Source: a virus
DNA: 64,000 nucleotides
IMG/VR virus record: IMGVR_UViG_3300006735_000023
Location: 1-64,000 of that record
Strand: one strand, 5' to 3'
Made by a program: the position numbers and the translations under genes
Notes under the pieces: model-generated
The model's database searches: none
Told to the model about the DNA's origin: nothing
The model's input: only the letters and a program-made list of their open reading frames with translations
In this document: positions 21,483 to 30,532 of the stretch, piece after piece
Layout: each line of letters starts with the position of its first letter
How positions within the stretch are numbered: the stretch's first letter is position 1

Positions 21483-21499
21483 TAAAAATTTAGTAAAAA

Positions 21500-23410
21500 A
21501 TGGATGTATCAAATAGAATTTTGTCGGATATTACTGTGTATATGAAATATGCCAAATATATTCCGGAATTAAACAGAAGAGAAACATGGGACGAATTAGT
21601 TACCAGAAATAAAAATATGCATATTAAACACTATCCTCATTTGAAGGAAGAAATTGAAGACAAGTACAAGTTTGTATATGATAAAAAAGTTTTACCATCA
21701 ATGAGAAGTATGCAATTTGGAGGGAAACCAATTGAAATATCTCCTAATAGAATTTATAATTGTGCTTATATGCCAATTGATAATATAGATTCTTTTAGTG
21801 AGTGTATGTTTTTATTATTAGGTGGGACAGGTGTAGGATATTCGGTACAAAGACATCACGTAGCAAAACTACCAATTATACAAAAACCTTACCCTAAAAA
21901 GAAAAGAAGATTCTTAATTGGAGATTCTATTGAAGGTTGGGCAGATTCTATTAAAGTTCTAATGAAATCATATATGAATGGTGGTGGGAGTAGAGTAGAA
22001 TTTGATTTTTCTGACATTAGACCAAAAGGAGCTAGATTAATAACATCAGGTGGTAAAGCACCAGGACCTCAACCACTAAAAGAATGTTTGGTTAAGATAG
22101 AAGGTCTATTAAATCAAAAAGAAAATGGAGAACAACTTACAACAATTGAAGTACACGATATTGTCTGTCATATTGCGGACGCAGTCTTGGCCGGTGGTAT
22201 TCGTAGAGCTGCTCTTATTAGTCTGTTTAGTGCTGACGACGACGCAATGATCGGATGTAAAGCCGGTAACTGGTGGGAAGTAAACCCACAACGTGGTAGA
22301 GCTAATAACTCAGCTGTTTTAATGAGACACAAAATTACAAAAGACTTTTTTATGGACTTATGGAAACGTGTAGAATTATCAGGAGCAGGAGAACCTGGTA
22401 TATATCTTAATAATGACAAAGACTGGGGAACTAATCCTTGTTGTGAGATAGCATTAAGACCTTATCAGTTTTGTAACCTTTGTGAGGTTAACGTTTCAAA
22501 CATAGAATCACAAGAAGACTTAAATGAAAGAGTGAAAGTCGCATCATTTATAGGAACATTACAAGCAGGATACACTTCATTTCATTATTTAAGGGATGTC
22601 TGGAGAGAAACTACAGAAAAAGATGCTCTTATAGGAGTGTCAATGACAGGTATCGGTTCTGGTAAAGTACTTAAATACGACATGTCTAAGGCAGCTAGTT
22701 TAGTGAAAAGAGAAAACACTAGAGTATCTAAATTATTAGGGATTAACCCAGCGGCTAGAACAACTACAGTTAAACCAGCTGGAACGACATCATTAACATT
22801 AGGAACATCTTCTGGTATCCATGCATGGCATAATGATTATTACATTAGAAGAATTAGAGTTGGTAAAAATGAAGCTATATACACATATTTAACAATTAAT
22901 CACCCAGAATTGGTGGAAGATGAATACTTTAGACCACATGACACGGCAGTAATTAGTATACCACAAAAATCACCAGAAGGTTCCATCCTAAGAACAGAAT
23001 CACCATTCCAACTACTAGAAAGAGTAAAAAAAGTTGCAACTGAATGGGTAAATGCTGGACATAGAAAAGGTTCAAATAGTCATAATGTATCGGCAACTAT
23101 ATCATTAAGAGAACATGAATGGGATCCAGCAGGTGAATGGATGTGGGAGAATAGAAAGTTCTACAATGGTTTATCAGTATTACCTTATAATGGAGGTACT
23201 TACAAACAAGCACCATTCGAAGACATTACAAAAGAAAAATATGAGGAAATGTTAGAATCTCTAACCAATGTTGATCTATCTAATGTTGTTGAATTGGACG
23301 ACAATACTGATTTATCGGGTGAATTAGCATGTGCAGGAGGAAATTGTGAGATCGATGTTGATATGAAATCTATAGAAGAGAAGAAAGAGGTAGAATTAAA
23401 TGACGCATAA
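21500..23410 (+). CDS. nrdJ: Class II (adenosylcobalamin-dependent) ribonucleotide reductase, monomeric RTPR type
   Basis: RRETW, LPSMR, YNCAY, GGTGVG, IRRAALI, TNPCCEI (thiyl Cys), TTVKPAGT, YKQAPFE, C-terminal CAGGNC; no nrdB nearby. Confidence 0.9.
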   Translation: MDVSNRILSDITVYMKYAKYIPELNRRETWDELVTRNKNMHIKHYPHLKEEIEDKYKFVYDKKVLPSMRSMQFGGKPIEISPNRIYNCAYMPIDNIDSFSECMFLLLGGTGVGYSVQRHHVAKLPIIQKPYPKKKRRFLIGDSIEGWADSIKVLMKSYMNGGGSRVEFDFSDIRPKGARLITSGGKAPGPQPLKECLVKIEGLLNQKENGEQLTTIEVHDIVCHIADAVLAGGIRRAALISLFSADDDAMIGCKAGNWWEVNPQRGRANNSAVLMRHKITKDFFMDLWKRVELSGAGEPGIYLNNDKDWGTNPCCEIALRPYQFCNLCEVNVSNIESQEDLNERVKVASFIGTLQAGYTSFHYLRDVWRETTEKDALIGVSMTGIGSGKVLKYDMSKAASLVKRENTRVSKLLGINPAARTTTVKPAGTTSLTLGTSSGIHAWHNDYYIRRIRVGKNEAIYTYLTINHPELVEDEYFRPHDTAVISIPQKSPEGSILRTESPFQLLERVKKVATEWVNAGHRKGSNSHNVSATISLREHEWDPAGEWMWENRKFYNGLSVLPYNGGTYKQAPFEDITKEKYEEMLESLTNVDLSNVVELDDNTDLSGELACAGGNCEIDVDMKSIEEKKEVELNDA

Positions 23411-23594
23411 ATTTAGTAAGGAAATACTGTATCATTTTAATTGTGGTAAATGTAATAAATGGTGGTCAATTGCTGACTACCATTTGTTTTCTAATAATGT
23501 ACCAGAAAATGAAAAAAAGGTACCTATGTTAATAACATGTCCCCACTGTGGACATAATGAAGAAATAAAAGAAGTGAAAAATGAGGAGAAGTGA
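23400..23594 (+). CDS. Small zinc-ribbon protein
   Basis: CGKC...CPHCG; overlaps the nrdJ stop. Confidence 0.75.
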   Translation: MTHKFSKEILYHFNCGKCNKWWSIADYHLFSNNVPENEKKVPMLITCPHCGHNEEIKEVKNEEK

Positions 23595-23799
23595 TGATTG
23601 GATTAGTGAACTACACTATAAAGAATTTATTAAACCTAAATTACAACCCCAAGACTTTTATTGGGATAAGGGTAATATGGTAATGACAGAAGAGTATCAT
23701 AAAAAAAGAGGAACTTGTTGCGGTAGTGGGTGTAGACACTGTCCTTTTTCACCACCACACATTAAAATGAATAGAATACTTAGAGACGATATTATATAA
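23581..23799 (+). CDS. DUF5522-like Cys/His-rich protein
   Basis: DFY...G.MVMTE.YH.KRG.CCGSGCRHCPF. Confidence 0.8.
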   Translation: MRRSDDWISELHYKEFIKPKLQPQDFYWDKGNMVMTEEYHKKRGTCCGSGCRHCPFSPPHIKMNRILRDDII

Positions 23800-23826
23800 C
23801 AAGTCTTTACAAATTGAATAGAATGA

Positions 23827-23834
23827 TATTTATA
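23827..23834 (+). promoter_or_regulatory. Putative late promoter core TATTTATA
   Basis: 22 nt before the gp25-like ATG. Confidence 0.55.
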
Positions 23835-23848
23835 ATAAAGAATTATAT

Positions 23849-24229
23849 ATGGCAGTTAAAACTATTAATATTGACTTTCCTTTTCAAAAATCACCAATTG
23901 GTAATTTTTTGAGACTTAATCGTACTTCACAACGTGCGATAAAGTCAGATTTAATACATTTACTCTTAACAAAAAAAGGGGATAGACTTTATAATAACGA
24001 ATTCGGATCAGGACTCTATAATTTTCTTTTTGAACAAATAGATGAAAAAACAACCTCCGATATTAAATTAGAGTTAAACACTTCCATAGGTAGGTATATA
24101 CCAAATTTAACTATAAATGAATTAATAATAACTGCAAATGATGACGCTAATCATATTAAAGTAAATATAGATTACACCGTTGTAGAAGCTTCTTTTGAGC
24201 AAAGTGATAGTATCGAAATTATATTATAA
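23849..24229 (+). CDS. Baseplate wedge / sheath initiator, gp25-like
   Basis: IDFPF, IKSDLIHLLLTKKGDRLY..EFGSGL..FLFE motif. Confidence 0.9.
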   Translation: MAVKTINIDFPFQKSPIGNFLRLNRTSQRAIKSDLIHLLLTKKGDRLYNNEFGSGLYNFLFEQIDEKTTSDIKLELNTSIGRYIPNLTINELIITANDDANHIKVNIDYTVVEASFEQSDSIEIIL

Positions 24230-24231
24230 AA

Positions 24232-26049
24232 ATGTCAAAAAATAATAGTATTAATTATAATGCCCGTACATTCGTTGAAATACGAACAGAATTAATAAAT
24301 TTTGTTAAACAATATTATCCAGATTTATTTAGTGATTTTAATGATGCTTCTGTAGGACAAATGTTGTTAGAATTAAATGCTGCAGTTGCGGATATGTTAT
24401 CATTTAATACCGATAGAACTTTCCAAGAGACACAAATAGAGTATGCTCAGGAAAGGTCATCAATATTATCTATGGGTAGAACATTAGGGTTAAAAATACC
24501 TGGTGTAAGACCAAGTATGTGTCTAGTCGATTTTAGAGTTACCGTCCCTCCACAAGGAGATTCTTTTAATAATGGTTATGCGCCAACATTAAGGTATGGA
24601 TCGGAAGTTGAAGGAGGAGGACAAATATTTCAAGTAGAACAAGATATTGATTTTTCTTCTCCACTTTCTGCAGGAGGGGTACCAAATAGATTAGTAATAC
24701 CAAATAAAGATAGTAACGATCTTATAATTTCATACGATTTAGTAAAACGAGAGGCTGTAGTTAATGGTAAAACCAAAATACTAAAACGTAATATTAGACC
24801 ACAAGACTTAAACCCTTTTATGGAGATAATTCTACCGGAGACTAATGTTATAAGTGTAGAACAGGTAAAAATGGTGATAGGTATAAACGGAGCAGAACCA
24901 ACACTAAATGAATTTCTTGAGTTTGAAAATCGTTTTTACGAGGTAGATTCGTTGGCAGAATCCCAAGTCTTTATTGAAGATAAAGTTAGAAGTTCCGATA
25001 ACTCGTCAATTAAACCAGGAAAATGGGTAGAGGTTACAAAAAGATTTGTTGCAGACTATACCGACAGAGGTTTTTGTAGATTAACTTTTGGTAGTGGTAC
25101 CGCTAACGCAGAACCAATTAACGATTATATTAGTAACGCTTTCTCAAGGTCACAAGTCCAAACTCTAATTAATAATACAAGTTTAGGTGAATTACCGACA
25201 GCTAATTCAACACTCTATGTTAGATATACAGTGGGAGGGGGACAACAATCTAATATAGGTCCTAATGTCTTACAAAATAAAGGATTGATTAATATGTTAG
25301 TGACTGGTACTGATGCCACTAATAATGCTTTAGTTGAAACTTCTTTAAGAATAAATAATGTAACTCCAGCTATTGGGGGGACCGACGCCCCTTCTGTAGA
25401 AGAACTAAGAAATTTAATTAAATATAATTTTGCATCACAAAATAGAGCAGTAACAGTAAGAGATTATTTAGCTTTAATTAAAAAAATGAGTAGTAAATTT
25501 GGAGTTCCTTTCAAAACAAATGTGGGTGAAAGACAAAATAAAATTGAAATATCTACATTAAGTCTAGGACCAAATAGAAAATTAACCACAACGTCTACTC
25601 AGACCTTACGAGAAAATATGTCTAGGTATTTAGCAAATTATAGGATGATTAATGATTATGTGACTATCACTAATGGGGTTATAATTAATTTAGCTGTTGA
25701 GGTAATGTGTTATATTAATAAAGATTATAATAAATCATTGGTAATAACTGAAATAATAACAAAAGTTAGGGAATATTTTGATGTTACCTCCCAAACCATG
25801 GGACAAAATATATATTTATCAGATTTATCTAAGGAATTAAATTTAATTGATGGGGTATTAAACATCATTGAAATGAAAATTTATAATCGTGTGGGTGGAC
25901 AATATGGATTAGGTCAAGTAACACAACCATATGTAGACGATGAGACTTATGAAATTGACACAAGTGGGAACCTTACACTTTTCGGAAACTTCAATACAAT
26001 GTTTGAAATAAAATACCCAAACACCGACATCCAAGTAATAGTTAATTAA
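24232..26049 (+). CDS. Baseplate wedge protein, gp6/baseplate J-like
   Basis: INY.AR.F..IR.ELI, DFNDASVG.MLLEL.A, L.FG.G, YTVGGG..SN, GGTD..SVEE, QNRAVT.RDY. Confidence 0.9.
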   Translation: MSKNNSINYNARTFVEIRTELINFVKQYYPDLFSDFNDASVGQMLLELNAAVADMLSFNTDRTFQETQIEYAQERSSILSMGRTLGLKIPGVRPSMCLVDFRVTVPPQGDSFNNGYAPTLRYGSEVEGGGQIFQVEQDIDFSSPLSAGGVPNRLVIPNKDSNDLIISYDLVKREAVVNGKTKILKRNIRPQDLNPFMEIILPETNVISVEQVKMVIGINGAEPTLNEFLEFENRFYEVDSLAESQVFIEDKVRSSDNSSIKPGKWVEVTKRFVADYTDRGFCRLTFGSGTANAEPINDYISNAFSRSQVQTLINNTSLGELPTANSTLYVRYTVGGGQQSNIGPNVLQNKGLINMLVTGTDATNNALVETSLRINNVTPAIGGTDAPSVEELRNLIKYNFASQNRAVTVRDYLALIKKMSSKFGVPFKTNVGERQNKIEISTLSLGPNRKLTTTSTQTLRENMSRYLANYRMINDYVTITNGVIINLAVEVMCYINKDYNKSLVITEIITKVREYFDVTSQTMGQNIYLSDLSKELNLIDGVLNIIEMKIYNRVGGQYGLGQVTQPYVDDETYEIDTSGNLTLFGNFNTMFEIKYPNTDIQVIVN

Positions 26050-26084
26050 ACTCGTTTACTTTTCACAAATAATTGATAAAATAA

Positions 26085-26096
26085 TATTTATTTATA
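26085..26096 (+). promoter_or_regulatory. Putative late promoter core (tandem TATTTATTTATA)
   Basis: 17-21 nt before ATG 26106. Confidence 0.5.
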
Positions 26097-26105
26097 AATG
26101 AATCA

Positions 26106-29100
26106 ATGGGAGAAAATCGAGTAATACGTATAACACCAAAACCAGGGGAACAAAAAGTCAATCTAAACCTAGAACAAGATTTTGATTTTTTAGAAATTTT
26201 GAGCCTAAAAATAACTCAAGCAGAAACATATAGAATATTCTGTTCTAATTATGGTGTTGTTGTAGGTAAGGTAACTTCTAACGGTGGATTTCCCATAAAA
26301 AACGCAAAATTATCGATTTTTATTCCCATAGATAATGAAGACGCAAAAAACTCTTTAGTCACATCTTTATATCCTTTTAGTTCTCCTCATGATATGTTAG
26401 TATCTGGTAAAAGGTATAATTTATTACCACGAGATAAACAAATTAATACTCCTGGTGACCATACACCTGTTGGTACATTTCCCTCAAAATATGATATAAT
26501 GTCAAATAAGACATTAAAGTATATACACGAAAAATATTACAAATATACAACAACAACTAATGAAAATGGTGATTATATGTTTTTTGGAATTCCAGGAGGT
26601 ACTCATATTATTCATATGGATGTTGATTTAAGTGATATTGGTAGTAATTCTGTAATCCCACAAGACTTAATAAACATGGGTTACTCAGAAACGCTATTTG
26701 AGGGTCCAGACAAGTTTAGAGATTCTAATGATTTAGATCAATTAGCACAAATAGTTGGTATAAATAAAACAGTCTTTATAAGACCTTTTTGGGGAGACGC
26801 TGATGAATGTGAGTTTGGTATCACTAGACTCGATTTTGATACCGCTCGTTTTGTTTCACCTAAAGCTTTTTTAATAGGTAGTTTTTTTACTGATGGTGAC
26901 ACTGACACAGTAGACGCCGCATTTATTCCTAGATCCTGTCAAGGTAATGATATCTATAATAATTTTCCTGGTGGTAATAAAGCTGGTGTTTCTAGAATGG
27001 TTAGTGCAAAAGATTTACGTACACCTGGAGAAGTGGCAAATTCAGGAGCAAAAGTTGGTGGTAGGGGAGTAATTGAGGCAGTTAGAATTACAGAATTTAA
27101 TGAAAACGTTGAATACGTAGGAAAATGGTTTAGTAGACCAGACGGAACTTTCCAAGTGGCACTACCCCTGAATAAAGGTAAAAAAAGTTGGGATGAGAAT
27201 GAACAAGCATTCGTAGATGACGAAGATGGGTTTCCAACCTATGCTGACTACCGTTTTATGTTTTATTTTGAAGGACAAGGGCCAGATGATTTTGAGGATG
27301 ACTCAATACTAGGAATACAAAGTGAATTGGTTGCTTCGGCTCATGGGTATGAAGGAAATGGAACAAATTTTGCATGGGGTGACCCAGGAGCCATATGGTC
27401 GCCATTAAATGGTGCTTATACTGATGATTATTTTGTTGACAAATACACTTATAAAGGTAAAAAAGAAGCAAAAGAAAATAGAGGAGTTATTTTTGCACCT
27501 AATCCTGTAATACCAGGAGATAATATAGATAATGAAGTTGAAAATAATAGGTATACATTTTGGGCAGCGCCAGAATTAGAATGGAATACAGATATACCCG
27601 CTTTTAATATGGATGACCAATTTGGTAATAACGCCACTTATTATCGAAATTATTCTAGGATTAGACTAAGTGGATATTATACCACTTCACAAATTTTTAA
27701 CTTAATTGGGGATTATGATATTGCAGTAAGTGGTAAACAACCAGAAGGTTTTGATGGTGCTGGTGTTAATGGAGAATGGTGGAATGGAGATGGAGACTTA
27801 ACTTATCCAGATAATACTTCACCTCCAGATTGGTTTGGTAAGAGTATTGGTACAAACCCATGGATAATTTCTAGAGCAAAAATAGCACCAACAAATACAG
27901 AAAGAAGACAATTCCCAGCAAATTATATATTTGATAGATACTATAGAAAAGACCCAAGACAAAGAGGAAGATTTACTGATGGTTCCGAAGAAGTGGTAGG
28001 TAATGTATTAAGTAAAGGAGGATTTGTATCAAATTATTATATGGTTCATACGGGTGTTTTGGCCGAATGGAACGCTACAATACCAATGCCACTTCAAGAT
28101 GAATTTGGGGGTTGTGCAGATGCGGTTAATGGATATGACCCATCCACTGGTTACGATTGGAATGTTATAGCTAATGTAACAAAAACTGGTCTAAGAGATA
28201 CACCAGTACCACAATCGGCATCAAATAGTTATGTTGGTGACAACTGTGAATGTAGTGGTTTCCCTAATGGAACTAATGGTAATTGTCATCATATGAAAAT
28301 ATGCGGCACAAGACCTTATTACTACAATGGACAAGGTGATGGTCTTTCAACCAATTCAGGGGAGAATACAATTGGTTGTAATTACATGCAACTGGGTAGT
28401 GCTGGTACAGGAAGTTATACTCCATATACAGGTTGTGAATTTGGAGTGTATGGACAATCTTGGGGAGATACAGCTTGTTGGGGATATAATCATTTTAATA
28501 GAGTAGGAACAGAATTTGGAGGTACTGCTAGACCATTAGACGGTTGTAAAGGATGTATTAATTTCTCAGGTATGCAAACAGATCTTTCAGGATATGTCGG
28601 AAGAAATAGGGCAGCTAATATTTTTAATCAAAACGCAACTCCATACGGATTTTCCCAAGATTGGAGTATTATAAATGGTGGGTCACTACCAGAAAATAAT
28701 TATGGGTATGGTCTTGGAAATATCCAAGTACCAGATACAGCCAACCAAGGAGCAAACAGAACTACAATAGCGGCTGGAAACAACTGTATATTAGGTAACT
28801 CTATGAAAGGAGGATTTATAGCACCAACTTGGGGAAATTATAAATTTAAGGCAAGATTAAATTATATTGGCGCTGCTGGTGTGTGGTGGGTTGGGGCAGG
28901 AATACACTACTGTGATACTACACAAGATGATTGTGACAGTGATGCTAATTGGAAATATTCGGCAGCAACAACGAATTTTGGATATACCCCGAGAGCTCGA
29001 GAATCTGCAGGTCAGGTCGCTTGGGCGGGTAAAGGAGGAGATGTAGGGGCTTACGATTTTACCTACTCAACTAATTTCTGTCCGGATGAGTTTACAACCG

Positions 29101-30530
29101 CTGAAGAAATCGAAAGTCATTGTTTACAGCTTGATAAAAATGCTCTTTTATGGGGAAATGGTCCAATAATGGGTATCGCACAACATGATTGGGATAGTGG
29201 TGGAGGTTGGCTTTCTTGGAATTTAGAACTTAAAGAAGGGATGGCGGTTAGGTTAGGTATGGTACCAGCTAATGACTGTACTTCTGGTACGTTTCCAACA
29301 AATACTTGTACAACTACTCCTTGTGGTAATACAGGTGATATTGGTATTTGTGCTTATTGTCACGAAACGGATACTTATGCAAATGACTGGGGTGGAGAAA
29401 GAATAGCCCAATTTTTTATTTATAGTTTCACACCTAGACCAATTAAAGTAATCGATAATAGTAGAGAACTAGGTACACATGGAGGAGAAGGATTACACGG
29501 AGGATTATACTTTCCACAATTCTTTATTGGTCGTGACGAAAGTGATTGTTGTAGTAGGTCTAATAAGGATTGGGAGGCATATGCGATAACTTCTCAATCA
29601 GAGGTACATAAAGCAAGACTCTGGGAAAGATACTCTTTAATATTTGCGGGGCAATACCAAGAAGCAGATGGAGAAGTAAAGTTCCAAACATATACAGCGG
29701 GATATGGTGACCCAAAAGGTGGTACAATAATAAATAATGGACGTTATTATAATACTAGAACAATTGGAGGAACGTCAATTGTTGATATAACCAAAAATTA
29801 TCCAGAGTTTAGAGGAGGACCAAACCAATGGGCAACAATAGATATGAATCTTCCCAACTCTTCTGTTAATACAGATGCTAACTTTTCGTATGAATATACA
29901 CTAGCTAAATTTGACTATGGAAGGGCATCATTCCAAAATCCGTCAGCCATAGATGATGGAACAGGAGGTTTAGAATTTTTACAAAACAAATATTTTGCAT
30001 TATATGATAATTTAGAGTTCAGAACAAACCAACAATATCCTAGAGAAACATTAGGTAATGATTATAATGGGTTTTTTCCAAATACAAGTAATTATATCAA
30101 TAGTTGGGACTGGACTTCTTCAAACTGGACTTGGTATGGATGGAGTTACCCAATGACTGCTCAATTATTGACTACTTCGGTACCTGGAAATCCAGTAGAG
30201 TCTAGATATCATATTTATAGAAGAGATAACGGTCCAAATAATTACGCTTATCCTAGGTGGTTAGCTTGGGAAAGAGGAGTACCAATTAAATGGTATAATG
30301 ATAATACTTTTTGGTGGAGAGATGTTATTCCAGAATCACATCCCGATCCGGCATCACCCGGAAACAGTACAAACCCATGGCTTACTACACCTTATAACCC
30401 CGATATGTCCACAAGTGACAATACAGTCTTAAATGCTTACCCAATAAGAAAGTATTACTTTTTTGGAATGGATAAATCTCAACCTACAGCGTTAGATAGA
30501 TTAAAATTAACAATACCAACAATTGAGTAA
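26106..30530 (+). CDS. Large baseplate-region structural protein (1474 aa), N-terminal beta-sandwich, Cys/Gly-rich middle, putative C1q-like domain
   Basis: GVVVGKV....GFPI.NAKLSIF and TTTNENGDYMFFGIPGG.H (carboxypeptidase-regulatory-like); follows gp6. Confidence 0.6.
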   Translation: MGENRVIRITPKPGEQKVNLNLEQDFDFLEILSLKITQAETYRIFCSNYGVVVGKVTSNGGFPIKNAKLSIFIPIDNEDAKNSLVTSLYPFSSPHDMLVSGKRYNLLPRDKQINTPGDHTPVGTFPSKYDIMSNKTLKYIHEKYYKYTTTTNENGDYMFFGIPGGTHIIHMDVDLSDIGSNSVIPQDLINMGYSETLFEGPDKFRDSNDLDQLAQIVGINKTVFIRPFWGDADECEFGITRLDFDTARFVSPKAFLIGSFFTDGDTDTVDAAFIPRSCQGNDIYNNFPGGNKAGVSRMVSAKDLRTPGEVANSGAKVGGRGVIEAVRITEFNENVEYVGKWFSRPDGTFQVALPLNKGKKSWDENEQAFVDDEDGFPTYADYRFMFYFEGQGPDDFEDDSILGIQSELVASAHGYEGNGTNFAWGDPGAIWSPLNGAYTDDYFVDKYTYKGKKEAKENRGVIFAPNPVIPGDNIDNEVENNRYTFWAAPELEWNTDIPAFNMDDQFGNNATYYRNYSRIRLSGYYTTSQIFNLIGDYDIAVSGKQPEGFDGAGVNGEWWNGDGDLTYPDNTSPPDWFGKSIGTNPWIISRAKIAPTNTERRQFPANYIFDRYYRKDPRQRGRFTDGSEEVVGNVLSKGGFVSNYYMVHTGVLAEWNATIPMPLQDEFGGCADAVNGYDPSTGYDWNVIANVTKTGLRDTPVPQSASNSYVGDNCECSGFPNGTNGNCHHMKICGTRPYYYNGQGDGLSTNSGENTIGCNYMQLGSAGTGSYTPYTGCEFGVYGQSWGDTACWGYNHFNRVGTEFGGTARPLDGCKGCINFSGMQTDLSGYVGRNRAANIFNQNATPYGFSQDWSIINGGSLPENNYGYGLGNIQVPDTANQGANRTTIAAGNNCILGNSMKGGFIAPTWGNYKFKARLNYIGAAGVWWVGAGIHYCDTTQDDCDSDANWKYSAATTNFGYTPRARESAGQVAWAGKGGDVGAYDFTYSTNFCPDEFTTAEEIESHCLQLDKNALLWGNGPIMGIAQHDWDSGGGWLSWNLELKEGMAVRLGMVPANDCTSGTFPTNTCTTTPCGNTGDIGICAYCHETDTYANDWGGERIAQFFIYSFTPRPIKVIDNSRELGTHGGEGLHGGLYFPQFFIGRDESDCCSRSNKDWEAYAITSQSEVHKARLWERYSLIFAGQYQEADGEVKFQTYTAGYGDPKGGTIINNGRYYNTRTIGGTSIVDITKNYPEFRGGPNQWATIDMNLPNSSVNTDANFSYEYTLAKFDYGRASFQNPSAIDDGTGGLEFLQNKYFALYDNLEFRTNQQYPRETLGNDYNGFFPNTSNYINSWDWTSSNWTWYGWSYPMTAQLLTTSVPGNPVESRYHIYRRDNGPNNYAYPRWLAWERGVPIKWYNDNTFWWRDVIPESHPDPASPGNSTNPWLTTPYNPDMSTSDNTVLNAYPIRKYYFFGMDKSQPTALDRLKLTIPTIE

Positions 30531-30532
30531 AA

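Noticed and set aside
17573-23410. Inteins or introns in recombinase, helicase or RNR
   Set aside because: Lengths are normal, motifs are contiguous, and no intein termini or homing endonuclease motifs were seen.
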